Positions 10,198 through 19,204 of a stretch of DNA of 64,000 bases are shown here, one piece after another. Where the stretch lies: positions 536 through 64,535 of the forward strand of contig CAZIAH010000002.1 of NCBI GenBank assembly GCA_964537715.1, written 5' to 3'. Source of the DNA: an uncultured bacterium (GTDB taxonomy: Bacteria > Zhuqueibacterota > QNDG01 > DSAB01). Positions within the stretch are counted from its first letter, which is position 1; the number at the start of each line of letters is the position of its first letter. The position numbers and the translations under genes are program-made. Under the pieces are notes generated by a model. The model saw only the letters and a list, made by a program, of their open reading frames with translations, was not told the origin of the DNA and made no database searches.

Positions 10198-11283
10198 TTG
10201 AAAAATATCATTACTCCCATCCTCGCCCAATGGGATGTCACAAAAGGATGTAATTTTTCCTGCCCTTTTTGTTTGTCAAGTAGCGGGAAACGATCTCAAA
10301 ATGAACTAAGTTTTAAACAGGCACGTGCTATAATAGATAAATTGCACTCAAGCGGAGTTTTATTTCTTAGATTCCTTGGGGGAGAACCATTTTTTCGAAA
10401 AGATATGCTAGAAGTGATGCGATATGTTGCCGACAAGGGGATGCTTATGGTTTTTAGTACAAACGGTTCTCTGGTTACCGAGGAAACTGCTAAAACACTG
10501 AAAGAAATTCATGAAAATATCAGCTATTTCCAAATTAGTCTTTATGGGACCAATCAACATTATTATCAGGAATTTACTACTAATTCAAAGAGTTTTGATT
10601 TAGTTGAAAAAGGTATCAGCTTTTTGAAAAAATTCGATTTAAATCCTTATATATTTTGGGTATTAACAGAAAAAAATATTAACCAACTTGAAGCAGCATA
10701 CCAACTCACAAGAAAATGGGAATTACCTGTACTTAGAATTTCATTGAAACTCCATCTTGGCAGAGGAAAAATTAATTACAATAATAATTCTGAGAGAAAA
10801 CCAAACTTATGGGCTCAGGCGATTGAAACACTTCTATCTCTAAAAAGCCTCGTAGACAAGCATAAAACACCAAGAGTGGAATTACATGCCAGACCTCTTT
10901 TAGGTAAATATTTATATAAACATGTCGGACTACCTTTCTTTTATATCCCTTGCAAAGCGGCAAAAACCATGTTGTATGTAGATTCAGAGGGTAAATGTAG
11001 CCCATGTCCATTTGGATATTTCATGCCAGAATCATATTGTTCATACTTGAATTTAAAAGGAACTGCCTTGAGTTTATTAGATTATGAAGTAAAAGATATT
11101 TGGCAATCAGAATTGTTCGAAACCTATAGAAATCTTCACGATCCAAAATTACATCCAAAGAAAATAAATAAGAATTGTCCACATTACAAGGCTGGGATTT
11201 GTGCGCCATGTATTTTTACACCATGTCTCTGTAATTCAACAATAAAAATGATAAACGAAACAAGAATGGAAAAAATTCAATAA
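10198..11283 (+). CDS. Radical SAM protein with SPASM-like C-terminal domain (putative peptide maturase)
   Basis: WDVTKGCNFSCPFC (CxxxCxxC), FLGGEPFFR, STNGSL, QISLYG; C-terminal IPC...VDSEGKCSPC and CPHYKAGICAPC...CLC. TTG start. Confidence 0.9.
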   Translation: MKNIITPILAQWDVTKGCNFSCPFCLSSSGKRSQNELSFKQARAIIDKLHSSGVLFLRFLGGEPFFRKDMLEVMRYVADKGMLMVFSTNGSLVTEETAKTLKEIHENISYFQISLYGTNQHYYQEFTTNSKSFDLVEKGISFLKKFDLNPYIFWVLTEKNINQLEAAYQLTRKWELPVLRISLKLHLGRGKINYNNNSERKPNLWAQAIETLLSLKSLVDKHKTPRVELHARPLLGKYLYKHVGLPFFYIPCKAAKTMLYVDSEGKCSPCPFGYFMPESYCSYLNLKGTALSLLDYEVKDIWQSELFETYRNLHDPKLHPKKINKNCPHYKAGICAPCIFTPCLCNSTIKMINETRMEKIQ

Positions 11284-11703
11284 GTGCCGAATTTATGAAT
11301 TAAATAACAATTGAGGATACAGGATCACTCTCATAATATAATTTGATCAAAAGTGGTTATATTAAGCAAATTTTGAAAGGTGGAGTATCAATATATTTAT
11401 ATACTAAAATTAAACTGTACTAATCGAAATAGTCATTAATTGAATTGATAGGTGATTCATTACACCAATATTAATCGATCATCCATTTTCTAAGTAGTGG
11501 TAACGGTACCCTCCGTCTGTAGAATAGAGAGGATCACATGGAATTTTAGCATCATCTAAAATTCATACCAAAGCTTTTCTTACCAATCGTCTTTTCCTAG
11601 AAAGAATAAAAATAGCAATTTAAAAAATCTTATTAAGAATAATTTCTAGATTTATCTTTAAACTTCTATTAGATTTCTATAAAATAGTACTAAGGAGCAT
11701 TTT

Positions 11704-13572
11704 ATGACGGAACTGATCCCAAGAAAATTATTGTTTGGTAATCCTGAGAAAATCGGAATCAAAATATCACCTGATGGAAAATGGATATCCTATCTGGCAC
11801 CATCAAAAAAAAATGTTTTAAATATATGGGTGCAAAAGATAGGAGAAAATAAAGCGGAAATGGTTACGCAGGATGAGTATCGGGGTATCCGTATGTATGC
11901 GTGGTCTTATAAAAAAGATACAATTCTCTATCAACAGGATCAGCACGGAAACGAAGACTGGCACCTTTATATTACTAATATTCAAACCAAAGAAACAATG
12001 AATGCCACTCCGTTTAAAGGAGTCCGTGTACAGAATATAATAATACACAAAGATTTTCCGGATTTTATATATATAGGATTGAACAAACTTAATCCTGAAC
12101 TTTTTGATATCTATAAACTGGATCTTCAATCACTTGATATTTCTCTAAATATAAAAAATTGGGGAAATGTTCTAGCCTGGGGGAAAGACCATAATTTTGT
12201 TGTTCGTACAGCTTCTGGTATAGATCCAGCTACTGGTGAACATATTATTTACGTCCGGGAGAATGAAGCAGAATCATTCAGAGAGTTACTACGTGTACCA
12301 TTTTATGAAGAAATTTATGTTTTGGAATTTACAGAAGACAATAAAAACCTCTATTTTCTTTCTTCCCTTGATGCGAATACTATCGGCATAGTGGAAACGG
12401 ATTTTTACTCAGGTAAAACAATCCGTGAAATAGTCAGACATCCAAAAGCGGATATAAGTAATACGATTGTGCATCCGGTTACTCATGTTATACAGGCTGT
12501 AGCCAGTAATTACTTAAAAAGGGAATGGCAATTTTTTGATAAAGAAGTGGAAAAAAATTTTAAAATATTTAATAGTATAGGAGACGGTAATGTACATCTT
12601 GTTTCAAGAGATAATAATGATATAATATGGATCATCGCTTATGAATCAGATACAACTCCTGTGAAATACTATTCATTTGATAAACAGACTGGTAAACTCA
12701 CATTTCTTTTTGACAGTCAGCCCAAACTCAATCCATACAATTACGTTAAGATAAAGCCTATTATTATTAAAGCATCGGATGGCATGGAATTAGTTTCTTA
12801 TCTTACTGTCCCTGATAGAGAAGGTCCTAATCCGCTGGTATTATTAGTCCATGGTGGTCCATGGTCCAGGGATTTATGGGGATGGGTTGCTTCTGTTCAA
12901 TGGCTAGCTAACAGAGGATATGCTGTGTTGCAGGTAAATTACCGTGGTTCCTCCGGTTTTGGTAAAGAATTCCTTAATGCAGGGAATAAAGAATGGGGAA
13001 CCGGTAAAATGCAACAGGACTTAACAGGTGCCGTAAACTGGGCCATTAATGAGAATATTGCCCTTCCAGATAAAATAGCAATATTTGGCTACAGCTACGG
13101 AGGGTATGCTGTATTGGCAGGATTGGCATTTACACCGGATCTCTACTGCTGCGGTGTGGATGTAGTCGGTCCGTCCAATCTTAAAACTCTTATTAAGAGT
13201 ATACCTCCTTACTGGAAGCCGGCTAAAAAAAATATATTATTGCGTATTGGTGATGTGGAAAAAGATTCAGAGTATAATAAAAAAATATCTCCTTTGTATC
13301 ATGCAGAAAAAATAAAAAAACCGCTTATTATTGCCCAGGGAGCGATTGATCCACGTGTGAAAAAAGATGAATCGGATCAAATAGTTAAGGCTATGCGAGC
13401 AAAAAGTATACCTGTAACCTATATAATTTTCCCAGATGAAGGCCATGGATTTGCCAGACCAGAAAACAGAATGGAATTTTATGCCCGGATAGAATCATTC
13501 TTGTTTAAACACCTGGGAGGAAGAACAGAACAATATACTCCTGTAAAAGGCTCAACAGCTGAGGACTTTTAG
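11704..13572 (+). CDS. S9 family peptidase (acylaminoacyl/dipeptidyl aminopeptidase-like), no signal peptide
   Basis: RBS AAGGAG; N-terminal propeller; LLVHGGPWSRD, GYSYGGY (Ser), AQGAIDPRV (Asp), DEGHGF (His). Confidence 0.93.
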   Translation: MTELIPRKLLFGNPEKIGIKISPDGKWISYLAPSKKNVLNIWVQKIGENKAEMVTQDEYRGIRMYAWSYKKDTILYQQDQHGNEDWHLYITNIQTKETMNATPFKGVRVQNIIIHKDFPDFIYIGLNKLNPELFDIYKLDLQSLDISLNIKNWGNVLAWGKDHNFVVRTASGIDPATGEHIIYVRENEAESFRELLRVPFYEEIYVLEFTEDNKNLYFLSSLDANTIGIVETDFYSGKTIREIVRHPKADISNTIVHPVTHVIQAVASNYLKREWQFFDKEVEKNFKIFNSIGDGNVHLVSRDNNDIIWIIAYESDTTPVKYYSFDKQTGKLTFLFDSQPKLNPYNYVKIKPIIIKASDGMELVSYLTVPDREGPNPLVLLVHGGPWSRDLWGWVASVQWLANRGYAVLQVNYRGSSGFGKEFLNAGNKEWGTGKMQQDLTGAVNWAINENIALPDKIAIFGYSYGGYAVLAGLAFTPDLYCCGVDVVGPSNLKTLIKSIPPYWKPAKKNILLRIGDVEKDSEYNKKISPLYHAEKIKKPLIIAQGAIDPRVKKDESDQIVKAMRAKSIPVTYIIFPDEGHGFARPENRMEFYARIESFLFKHLGGRTEQYTPVKGSTAEDF

Positions 13573-13653
13573 GGTAATTTATTATTAACTTGTCTATATC
13601 ATTATAGTAAAGGGAAATATGAATTTGTAGGGATTAATCTTTGATTCAGTTCT

Positions 13654-13800
13654 CTATCTATTCCTCATTAATGATAATCCATTTGCTTTGAGTTGTTTTA
13701 TCACTCCTATTATCTCTTGCTCTTTTTCGTTTTTAATTAATTTTCCATTTATAAAATTAAAGCCATATGGGATTTGACCTTTGTAACTTTTGGATTTTGA
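13654..13800 (-). pseudogene. Truncated serine recombinase (Recombinase-domain fragment)
   Basis: KGQIPYGFNFINGKLIKNEKEQEIIGVIKQLKANGLSL resembles the G..PYG(Y/F)...L..NE.E...I..I..L...G.SL signature. It stops immediately afterwards and has no catalytic N-terminal domain. Confidence 0.6.
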
Positions 13801-13897
13801 TTTTTTAATTTTTTGAGAATTCTTTAAATTCACATCATTGGTAAACAGAAGAGGAATAGTTCGAAAATTTAAGACATTGGGGAGCAAATATGACATT

Positions 13898-13927
13898 AAA
13901 CCGACCCAAAAGTAAGGTCGGTTTTTT
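13898..13927 (+). terminator. Terminator-like hairpin at the island's right edge
   Basis: AAACCGACC-caaaagtaa-GGTCGGTTT followed by TTT. Confidence 0.6.
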
Positions 13928-14221
13928 ATTGAAAAATGAAAAAGGGTACCGTTCAATTTAAAATTGTTTGTTATAGTCATATAAAAACGGTATTATCCAC
14001 GGAAGATTATCCAAAATATTTTACTTGCTATTTTATTCGAACCGCTTTAGATTAAATTAAATCCAGAGATTGATTTTCAAAAGCACTGCTTCACAGAATC
14101 CCGATTCTTATGGATAATCATACAGGGTGAATTGGGATATATCGGTTGCATCCACTGCATCCTGATTGTAATTATTATCTTGCATGTGATTGTAAAAATG
14201 GTTTTTATTAAGGAGTCTGAA

Positions 14222-15757
14222 ATGCATACGAAACGAACAATTTTTATAATCATTACCATAGTATTCATTCCACTCCTCTTTTTTCGATGTACCAAAAAGG
14301 AGAAGGAAGAAGTCACTGTCATACAGCCCGAGGCTGTCGAAATAGAGGTGGATGTTCCGCAGGTACATTGGGAGAAATCTATCGGTGTACTTCCGGTAAA
14401 GAGTGAATCCATGTCGCTTGTCAAAAATTCCTTGGCCGATCTGGTGTCGAGCCGTTTGTATTCCGATCTGTCCAAAATACAGGGTCTGAAGGTGTATTCG
14501 CCTGTCACTTCCGAACTTGTCGATCAGAGTATCTTGCAGGCGGATTATCTTCTCAAAACAGACATTACCGAAGAAGAAGAGGAACAGATGTCGATTCAGG
14601 TTCAACTGATCGATGCAAAAAAAGAGGTCAATAGACCTGCCAAAATTTATGGGGAAACATTTCATTCGCTTTTTGCTGTTGAAGAGGGAGCCGCTAAAAC
14701 TGTTGCAGAAAAATTAGGTTATACGATGGGTACGGGAGAAAGTATTTCTTTGGAAACGACTTCTCCAGAGGTCCGAAAACTTTATCTGGAAGCCCAGGGA
14801 TTTCAAGTTCAGGGAAAGAGAGAATCGGTGAATCAGGCTGTGGAAAAATATAAAGAAGCGCTTCGCATCGATTCGACATTTACACAGGCATGGATCGGAC
14901 TGGCAGAAAGCTATCTTCAGATTGTTTATAGCGGCTGGGATCGAAATGTGGTATGGCCGAAATTGGCGCATGAAGCCAGTCTCAAAGCAGTTCATTATGA
15001 CAGTACTCAGGCAGAGGCTTATTTGATGCTCGGACAGGTCTATCTTGCTTGGGGAGATTTCAAACAGGCGGAGCAAACATACAAAAAGGCATTGAAGATC
15101 AATAACAATCTGGATCAGGCCTGGATCGGTCTGGGGCAAATTTATTCCCAATTCGGATTGTACGAAGCCAGTCTGAAGGTTTTTGATAAAGCGCTGTCGC
15201 TCAAACCGGATGACGCCGGCGTTTCTCTCAATTATGCTATGATTTTGGTCGGTCTTCGACAGTATAAAGAGAGTGAGAAAGTTTTCCGGAGAATTTTGAC
15301 CATCCATCCCGAAGAACAGTATTTTCATTCGTTCTTGGCTTTGACTCAATTTTATCAGGATAATATTTCCAATGCGGCGAGCGAAATTCAGCTGGGTCTG
15401 AAATCGGAAGTATATAGGCCGTTCTCTCATGCCGTTCTCGGAATGATTTACACCAAACAGGGGAAACTGGATGAAGCTTTAAGTGAAGTCGAACTCGAAG
15501 TGAAACCCTATGTCGGGAACAACGGTTCTCTTGCCTCTGCGGTGGCGGCGATCTATGCTTTGTTGAAACGGGATGGTCAAGCTGTACAATGGCTCGAGAA
15601 AGCTATTCAATTCGGATATCGTGAATATCCGTGGGTGATGAATGACCCAAATTTCAAGGATCTTCACAATGATGGACGATTTATACAACTGATGGAAAAG
15701 GTGAAAGAAAACTGGAAGAAGAATATGGAATTGTACAATAGGGAGGGATCTGCTTGA
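14222..15757 (+). CDS. Lipoprotein with TolB-N/FlgO-like domain and TPR repeats
   Basis: RBS AAGGAG before ATG 14222 (track start 14132); signal ending FFRC; SIGVLPV...LADLVSSRLYSDLSKIQGLKV...QVQLIDA; multiple TPRs; WLEKAIQFGY...NDPNFKDL tail. Confidence 0.8.
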   Translation: MHTKRTIFIIITIVFIPLLFFRCTKKEKEEVTVIQPEAVEIEVDVPQVHWEKSIGVLPVKSESMSLVKNSLADLVSSRLYSDLSKIQGLKVYSPVTSELVDQSILQADYLLKTDITEEEEEQMSIQVQLIDAKKEVNRPAKIYGETFHSLFAVEEGAAKTVAEKLGYTMGTGESISLETTSPEVRKLYLEAQGFQVQGKRESVNQAVEKYKEALRIDSTFTQAWIGLAESYLQIVYSGWDRNVVWPKLAHEASLKAVHYDSTQAEAYLMLGQVYLAWGDFKQAEQTYKKALKINNNLDQAWIGLGQIYSQFGLYEASLKVFDKALSLKPDDAGVSLNYAMILVGLRQYKESEKVFRRILTIHPEEQYFHSFLALTQFYQDNISNAASEIQLGLKSEVYRPFSHAVLGMIYTKQGKLDEALSEVELEVKPYVGNNGSLASAVAAIYALLKRDGQAVQWLEKAIQFGYREYPWVMNDPNFKDLHNDGRFIQLMEKVKENWKKNMELYNREGSA

Positions 15758-15802
15758 TAGCAGAATAGCAATCATTTGTTGCGGTTTCAAAGGGGGAGCA
15801 CG

Positions 15803-17362
15803 ATGAAGATTTTGTTTTATTTCATTTTATCTAGTTTTCTGATTTTCTTTTCCGTTTCTAAAGCCACCATTATTGATGATGTGCTTCTGATCCCCATGAC
15901 CGAGACCGTGCCGGCCATCGACGGTCAGCTCGATCCGGTGTGGCACAATGTGACCAATACGCATATGGGAAAATTTGCGGACGATATGTCTCCGGACAAC
16001 TGGCTGGATTATTCTACCTCATTTCGGCTCATGTGGGATGAAGGTTATTTATATCTCTTCATGCATTTTATGGATGATACAACTCAAACCGATTCCCCGG
16101 ATTCTTGGAAAAATGACGGCTGTGAATTATATAACGTCGCGGATGAATACCGAGGATGGTGGTGAGATGTTTCATGGCGGTATGTTTATGGTAGAACAGA
16201 ATACTATCCGGGTACATTTGATGATGGCATTGGTGCCTGGTGTGATACGGAATATGGTTATAATTTTGAACTGGCCATTCCTGAAGATTCACTTACATTT
16301 GAATGTATTAAAGATAGGCTGATTGCACTTGAGATTCAGGGAAATGACAGGGATCATACAAGTAAGGAATCAATCAGCAAGTGGTGGAGCAGCAGCCATG
16401 ATACGTGGTTCAATCCGATGATATGGGGCGCGGCTCAATTGGTGAATGATCATAGGGTCAACAATGAAGTTCTTTACGTTTATCAAACCGACACGCCTCC
16501 GATTATTGATGGCTTCATCGAGGGAGAATCCTGGGAAGATATGCCCGAGATTTCATTCAACAAATATTTGGAAGGGACGGACTTGGAAACCATGGACGGT
16601 TGGTCGGACATAAAAATGAGTTTCAGAACCATGTGGGATACCAGTTATTTTTACCTCTATGTCAATGTGATTGATGATACGATCAATACAGCATCAGCGA
16701 GTCCTTATGAAAATGATGGCATTGAATTAATTATTGATCCATGGGATGGCAAACATACTGGTATAAATCTAAGTCAACTCATTGATTGGGTTTGGGAGTA
16801 TGGTGGAAATTTATATGGCGGTTTTAGTTATGCTGTTTTTAGTTGGGCAAAAAACAACACGGGATACAGTTTTGAAGCGGCTATTCCTTTTGAAGATATG
16901 CAATTGACACTAAAAGATACCACTGTGTTTGGATTTGAAATTCAGGTGAACGACAATGATCAAGGTCAGAGAGATAATGTTTTAAAATGGTGGTCTGAGA
17001 GTTACGATTCATGGTTCAATCCTTTTGTTTTAGGGACAGTACAACTTGTTGGTGAAACACCGTTTCATACTTCTGTGGAGACTCAGTCTCATATAGTTCG
17101 GGATTTTATTTTAAATCAGAATTATCCCAATCCCTTCAATCCAACCACCGAGATTTCATACTCACACGATCGATCCACCAATGTGAAGCTAGTTGTTTTT
17201 GATTTGATGGGAAGGGAGATTCAAACTCTCGTTGATCAAGTTCAATTCCCCGGCGTTCACAAAGTCATCTTTGATGGATCTGGCCTGAGTAACGGTGTTT
17301 ATTTTTATAAACTCGAGACGGATCGAAATGTGATGGTAAAAAAGATGATATTGGTGAAATGA
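15803..17362 (+). pseudogene. Tandem CBM9-like secreted protein with CTD, interrupted by an in-frame TGA (16163-16165)
   Basis: Track ORFs 15776..16165 and 16418..17362 share one frame. Reading through the TGA gives DVSWRYVYGRTEYYPGTFDDGIGAW...FNPMIWGAA, co-linear with the next gene, with no other stop. Confidence 0.8.
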
Positions 17363-17378
17363 TCAATTTTAGGGAGGG

Positions 17379-18977
17379 GTGGCTATGAAAACTTTAACAA
17401 GAATTGTCTTTTTAAGCCATTTGTTACTCTCATTTGTATTGCATGCGACCATTGTTGATGATGTACTTATGATTCCCATGACCGAGACAGTGCCTGTGAT
17501 TGACGGTCAGCTCGATCCGGTCTGGTACAATGTGACCAATACACAGATGGAAAAGTATGTTGGTGCTGGGTATAGCTATAACTATAGTGAACCTGATAAT
17601 TGGCTGGATTACCATACCTCTTTCCGGATGATGTGGGACGAGGATAATTTATATCTGTTCATGCATTTCATGGATGATACGGCACAAACCGATTCTCCGA
17701 ATACATACGAAAACGATGCATGTGAGTTGTACCTTCTAACAGAGGAATTGAGAGTGCCAATAGTTCCCTTATCGGACCTTAATTGGCGGTATACTTACGG
17801 AGAAACAGAATATATGCCAGGTGTATTTGATGATGGCATTGGTGCCTGGTTCGATACAGAATATGGCTATAATTTTGAACTGGCCATTCCTGAAGATTCA
17901 CTTACATTTGAATGTATTAAAGATAGGCTGATTGCACTTGAAGTTCAGGGAAATGACAGGGATAATGTAAGCAAGGAGTCGGTCAGCAAGTGGTGGAGCA
18001 ACAGCCATGACTCATGGTTTAATCCGATGATATGGGGCGCGGCGCGATTGACGGGTCGAAGGATAACAGATATATTAGATATATCCAAAATGCGGGTTAG
18101 GCCTGAGATTGATGGCATAATGGATGATGCCTACAATTATTCCTCTGAAATTTCTATGAATACGTATGTTGAGGATACGGATTTGACCACATTCTCAGGC
18201 GGGAAAGATCTGCAATTTACCTACCGTGTTGTTTGGGATTATTTAGGATTTTATTTTTTTATTAACGTTATCGATGATGAAATTGCCACGGACTCTCCCA
18301 ATCCGTATGAAAATGATAGTGTGGAACTCTATTTTGATGTTACGAATTTGAAGAATGAGGGTGCCTATGTAAAAGGTAACGATTTTCAATGGCGGTATGT
18401 CTATGGCGAAACCGAATATCAACCCGGCGTATTCGATCCCGGTACGGGTGCATGGCTGGAGAAAGATGACGGATATACATTCGAATTATTTATCCCCGCT
18501 GATTCGATCCCATTGGATTTGGAAAGTGATCAGATATTTGGATGGGAAGTTCAGGTCAATGACAGGGACAATGGAGCGCGTGAAGTCATCGGCAAATGGT
18601 GGTCTCTAAGCAATGATACCTGGTTTAATCCCAGTCTATTTGGGACAGCCTGTTTAAAAGGCTTTTGTTGTGGTCCTGATACAACTTATACTGATTCATA
18701 TGTTTTTTCTGCAATACAATTTAAGTTAAATCAAAACTATCCCAATCCCTTCAATCCAACCACCGAGATTTCATATTCACTCGATCGATCCACCAATGTG
18801 AAGCTAGTTGTTTTTGATTTGATGGGAAGGGAGGTTATGACTCTCGTTGATCAAGTTCAATCCCCCGGTGACCACAAAGTTATCTTTGATGGATCTGGTC
18901 TGAGTAATGGTGTTTATTTTTATAAACTCGAGACGGATCGAAATGTGATGGTAAAAAAGATGATATTGGTGAAATAG
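17379..18977 (+). CDS. Secreted protein: two CBM9-like (DOMON-type) domains plus T9SS-like CTD
   Basis: RBS GGAGG; signal peptide; two PxIDG...WD...LY.F....DD...YEND..ELY...EVQ.NDRD...KWWS units; QNYPNPFNPTTEISY...YFYKLET...KKMILVK. Confidence 0.85.
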   Translation: MAMKTLTRIVFLSHLLLSFVLHATIVDDVLMIPMTETVPVIDGQLDPVWYNVTNTQMEKYVGAGYSYNYSEPDNWLDYHTSFRMMWDEDNLYLFMHFMDDTAQTDSPNTYENDACELYLLTEELRVPIVPLSDLNWRYTYGETEYMPGVFDDGIGAWFDTEYGYNFELAIPEDSLTFECIKDRLIALEVQGNDRDNVSKESVSKWWSNSHDSWFNPMIWGAARLTGRRITDILDISKMRVRPEIDGIMDDAYNYSSEISMNTYVEDTDLTTFSGGKDLQFTYRVVWDYLGFYFFINVIDDEIATDSPNPYENDSVELYFDVTNLKNEGAYVKGNDFQWRYVYGETEYQPGVFDPGTGAWLEKDDGYTFELFIPADSIPLDLESDQIFGWEVQVNDRDNGAREVIGKWWSLSNDTWFNPSLFGTACLKGFCCGPDTTYTDSYVFSAIQFKLNQNYPNPFNPTTEISYSLDRSTNVKLVVFDLMGREVMTLVDQVQSPGDHKVIFDGSGLSNGVYFYKLETDRNVMVKKMILVK

Positions 18978-19204
18978 TCTCAAATGATATGTGGCGTATT
19001 CTGATTCTGAGAGAGGAAAAAGGAGGCTCTGGGATATTTTTTAGTTGAAACAGGAACAAACGATAGAGTCATCCGTGGAGAGTTTCGTGATGGCTGTTTT
19101 AAAGGCGGAATCGATATTTTTGTCCTCGTATCAAATTCGACCTTTATTCTTTTTCCCATCTATGGATTGTGTATAAATAGTGTAAAATGTACTGAGGTTG
19201 TGTT

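Larger units (their letters stand above)
9100..14000. mobile_element. AT-rich genomic islet next to tRNA-Asn (decayed; carries the RiPP-like cluster)
   Basis: Visibly lower GC than the flanking core genes; starts right after a tRNA and ends at a truncated serine-recombinase fragment. No att duplication seen; boundaries approximate. Confidence 0.55.

Noticed and set aside
13800-13980. N-terminal part of the 108-aa minus ORF
   Set aside because: It overlaps a terminator hairpin and low-complexity AT-rich DNA; only the distal part looks recombinase-like.
9030-14130. attL/attR duplication of the tRNA 3' end
   Set aside because: No second copy found by eye, so the integration site is not proven.
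16163-16200. Selenocysteine or alternative genetic code at the in-frame TGA
   Set aside because: No convincing SECIS hairpin, the position is not a Cys site in the paralogue, and TGA ends several intact genes.
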